Under the pieces are notes generated by a model that had not been told where the DNA came from, searched no databases, and saw nothing but the letters and a program-made list of their open reading frames with translations. DNA of 64,000 nucleotides, from contig JARDVH010000042.1 of NCBI GenBank assembly GCA_030324005.1, positions 42,079,129 through 42,143,128 of the forward strand. The letters are read 5' to 3'. Shown piece after piece: positions 62,300 through 64,000 of the stretch (positions are counted from its first letter, which is position 1; every line of letters starts with the position of its first letter). Position numbers and translations under genes: made by a program. This DNA is from Negaprion brevirostris (taxonomy: Eukaryota).

Positions 62300-63990
62300 A
62301 AAAGGGAAAATGCTTGTAAGACTCGGTTGCCCTGGCAGCATCTGTGGAGAGAGGAGCATAGTAGATGATCTGAATCTTCACTCCCATGCCAGGAATGAAG
62401 AGTTAGGATAATAGTTCAGATGGGAGATTTGTAGGAGTAGTGGGGGACAATACCACAAACAGTGCCGAGGCAGGCTGGGTGGAAGGCCTGCCTCAATTCA
62501 CTGGCACTTTATTGAAGCAATGAAAAATAGGAAAGCAAAGAACAGCCCTCCTACCCTCACCCATTATTGTTGTTCTCTGGATGGAAATCAACATCTGTGA
62601 GCAATCCTTGCAATGCACTGGTTCAAAGAGGAGCTACTGATCATTGTCATTACAGACCGAATAGTCTCTTCCATGCTTCAACCCACCACACATTCTCCAT
62701 GTTATACCATGGTGCCTCATGTCCCCCACCCACCCCCTGGCCTTTCACTGCCAATCTGTGCCCTTCTACCCATTGCCCATGGTTCATCGCATTGTTCGTA
62801 CCTACCTACGCTCCTCAGCCCATCCATGTGGTCCTTTATATGCCCTATGCCAATTTATTGCCAATTTATGCCAAACCATGCAGCTCCATCAACCCCATTT
62901 GTCCTTATATCTATGGTGCTAGCTGACCCATTATTTACCAGGGGTAGACCTCAGAACCCATGCTGAGATTAAACAAAGTTCTTAAATATCCCATTGATGA
63001 ATCCACTATTTCAAAAAAATCTACCCTCATTGATAAAAATCAATTAATTACATTTAACTTCCTTTAGTCCCTTCTAAAACAAGTCTTGGAATTCATAGTC
63101 CCACTTTAAAGAGTTTATAATGTCAGGTGAATTGACAGTCATGTAGCATTAATTTTGTAACATAAACCTCAACTATGTCAACAGGGCGAAATAGCAGGCA
63201 CAAATTTTTTTTAATACTGCAACTTTTTCAAATATTTAAATGGCAAGAGTTTCAAATGCCTTGACACCTTGACAGCTCCCTTTGAAAGTTCTGTTGACAG
63301 TTCTTTTTGACTGCTCTCTTGACAGTTCCAATGAGCTTGACAGTTCTCGTGAGTTAATGCACTTCTTCTGCACATTCATGTTTATGCTTAATAATCCCAC
63401 AGCACATGCTACCTCTCCCAAATGGAATCTGACCTCTCTCAAAGGTGTCCTAGGGCCATATCCAAAAGGATATCTTGCCTCTCCAAAGAACTCCAGCAGG
63501 TTTAGACCTTCTCCTACCAGGTCTGAAGTGCCCAAGTCATGTTTCTGACACCCCACTAATGAAAATCAAATCAGCCTGAGGTAGCTGCACTTTAACATTT
63601 GCAGTTGCTTCCATGATCCATGTGTAACTCAGAACCCCCATTCCCCTCTATGTGAGAGTGGGTAGGTACCATGTTTGGAATTGGGACTTCTGGGTCCAAA
63701 CATTTGCAACAATTTTCACAAAGACAGAGAGGTGCTTCAACAAAAATTCAGGTCAACGTTTCAGCTCAATGATGTGCTAATGAAAGGTTAACTCCATGAG
63801 TGGAATCTTATTGCTCGGCCAGTCAGTGAGATTTTCCACTCCCACTGAAGTCAATTGTGTTCACCACATTTGAACAATTCACCACATTTTATGGCCCTGG
63901 CTCTTCCAGTGCCTCTCTCCACAGATGCTGCCTGACCTGCTAAGTATTTCTGTTTCTATTTCAGAGTTACCTCATCCACAGTATTGTAAA
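62300..63990. mobile_element. Penelope inverted pLTR pair split by DNA transposon(s)
   Basis: CTGGCAGCATCTGTGGAGAGAG at 62332, resumes AACGTTTCAG at 63755; opposite arm CTCTCTCCACAGATGCTGCCTGACCTGCT at about 63913. Confidence 0.7.
62367..63754. mobile_element. Non-autonomous Harbinger-type element
   Basis: TIRs GATCTGAATCTT / AAAATTCAGGTC; flanks GAT/AAC. Confidence 0.65.
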
Positions 63991-64000
63991 AGCCCTATTG

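Overview
Eukaryotic, intron-like, repeat-rich DNA from a draft assembly with many N gaps. It is almost certainly a cartilaginous fish (shark), judging by the HE1-type SINEs, CR1/HER1 LINEs, DeuSINE remnants and Penelope elements. The only host coding sequence I can support is one 67-nt + strand exon at 51279-51345 (ALESTQTELFDLKAKYDEESTAK), which matches the N-terminal coiled-coil region of CUX1/CASP. The rest is TE-poor AT-rich sequence (possible conserved enhancers) plus decayed mobile elements: HE1 SINEs with two different tails, CR1, RTE, Penelope (RT, GIY-YIG, pseudo-LTRs carrying minimal hammerhead-ribozyme remnants), PIF/Harbinger transposase and Myb/SANT relics with many non-autonomous derivatives, and a Gypsy integrase relic. 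Main observations: (1) three different Harbinger-type non-autonomous elements sit at the same 3-nt position of the hammerhead core of Penelope pLTRs, and a fourth sits next to the cleavage site of a second pLTR family; (2) the CUX1 exon lies inside a CR1 that itself splits one RTE copy, which implies misassembly or segment relocation, and a second split-repeat case supports an assembly artefact; (3) a twin-priming-like inversion in a Penelope copy. Family names come from my recognition of motifs, not from database searches, and TE boundaries are approximate.
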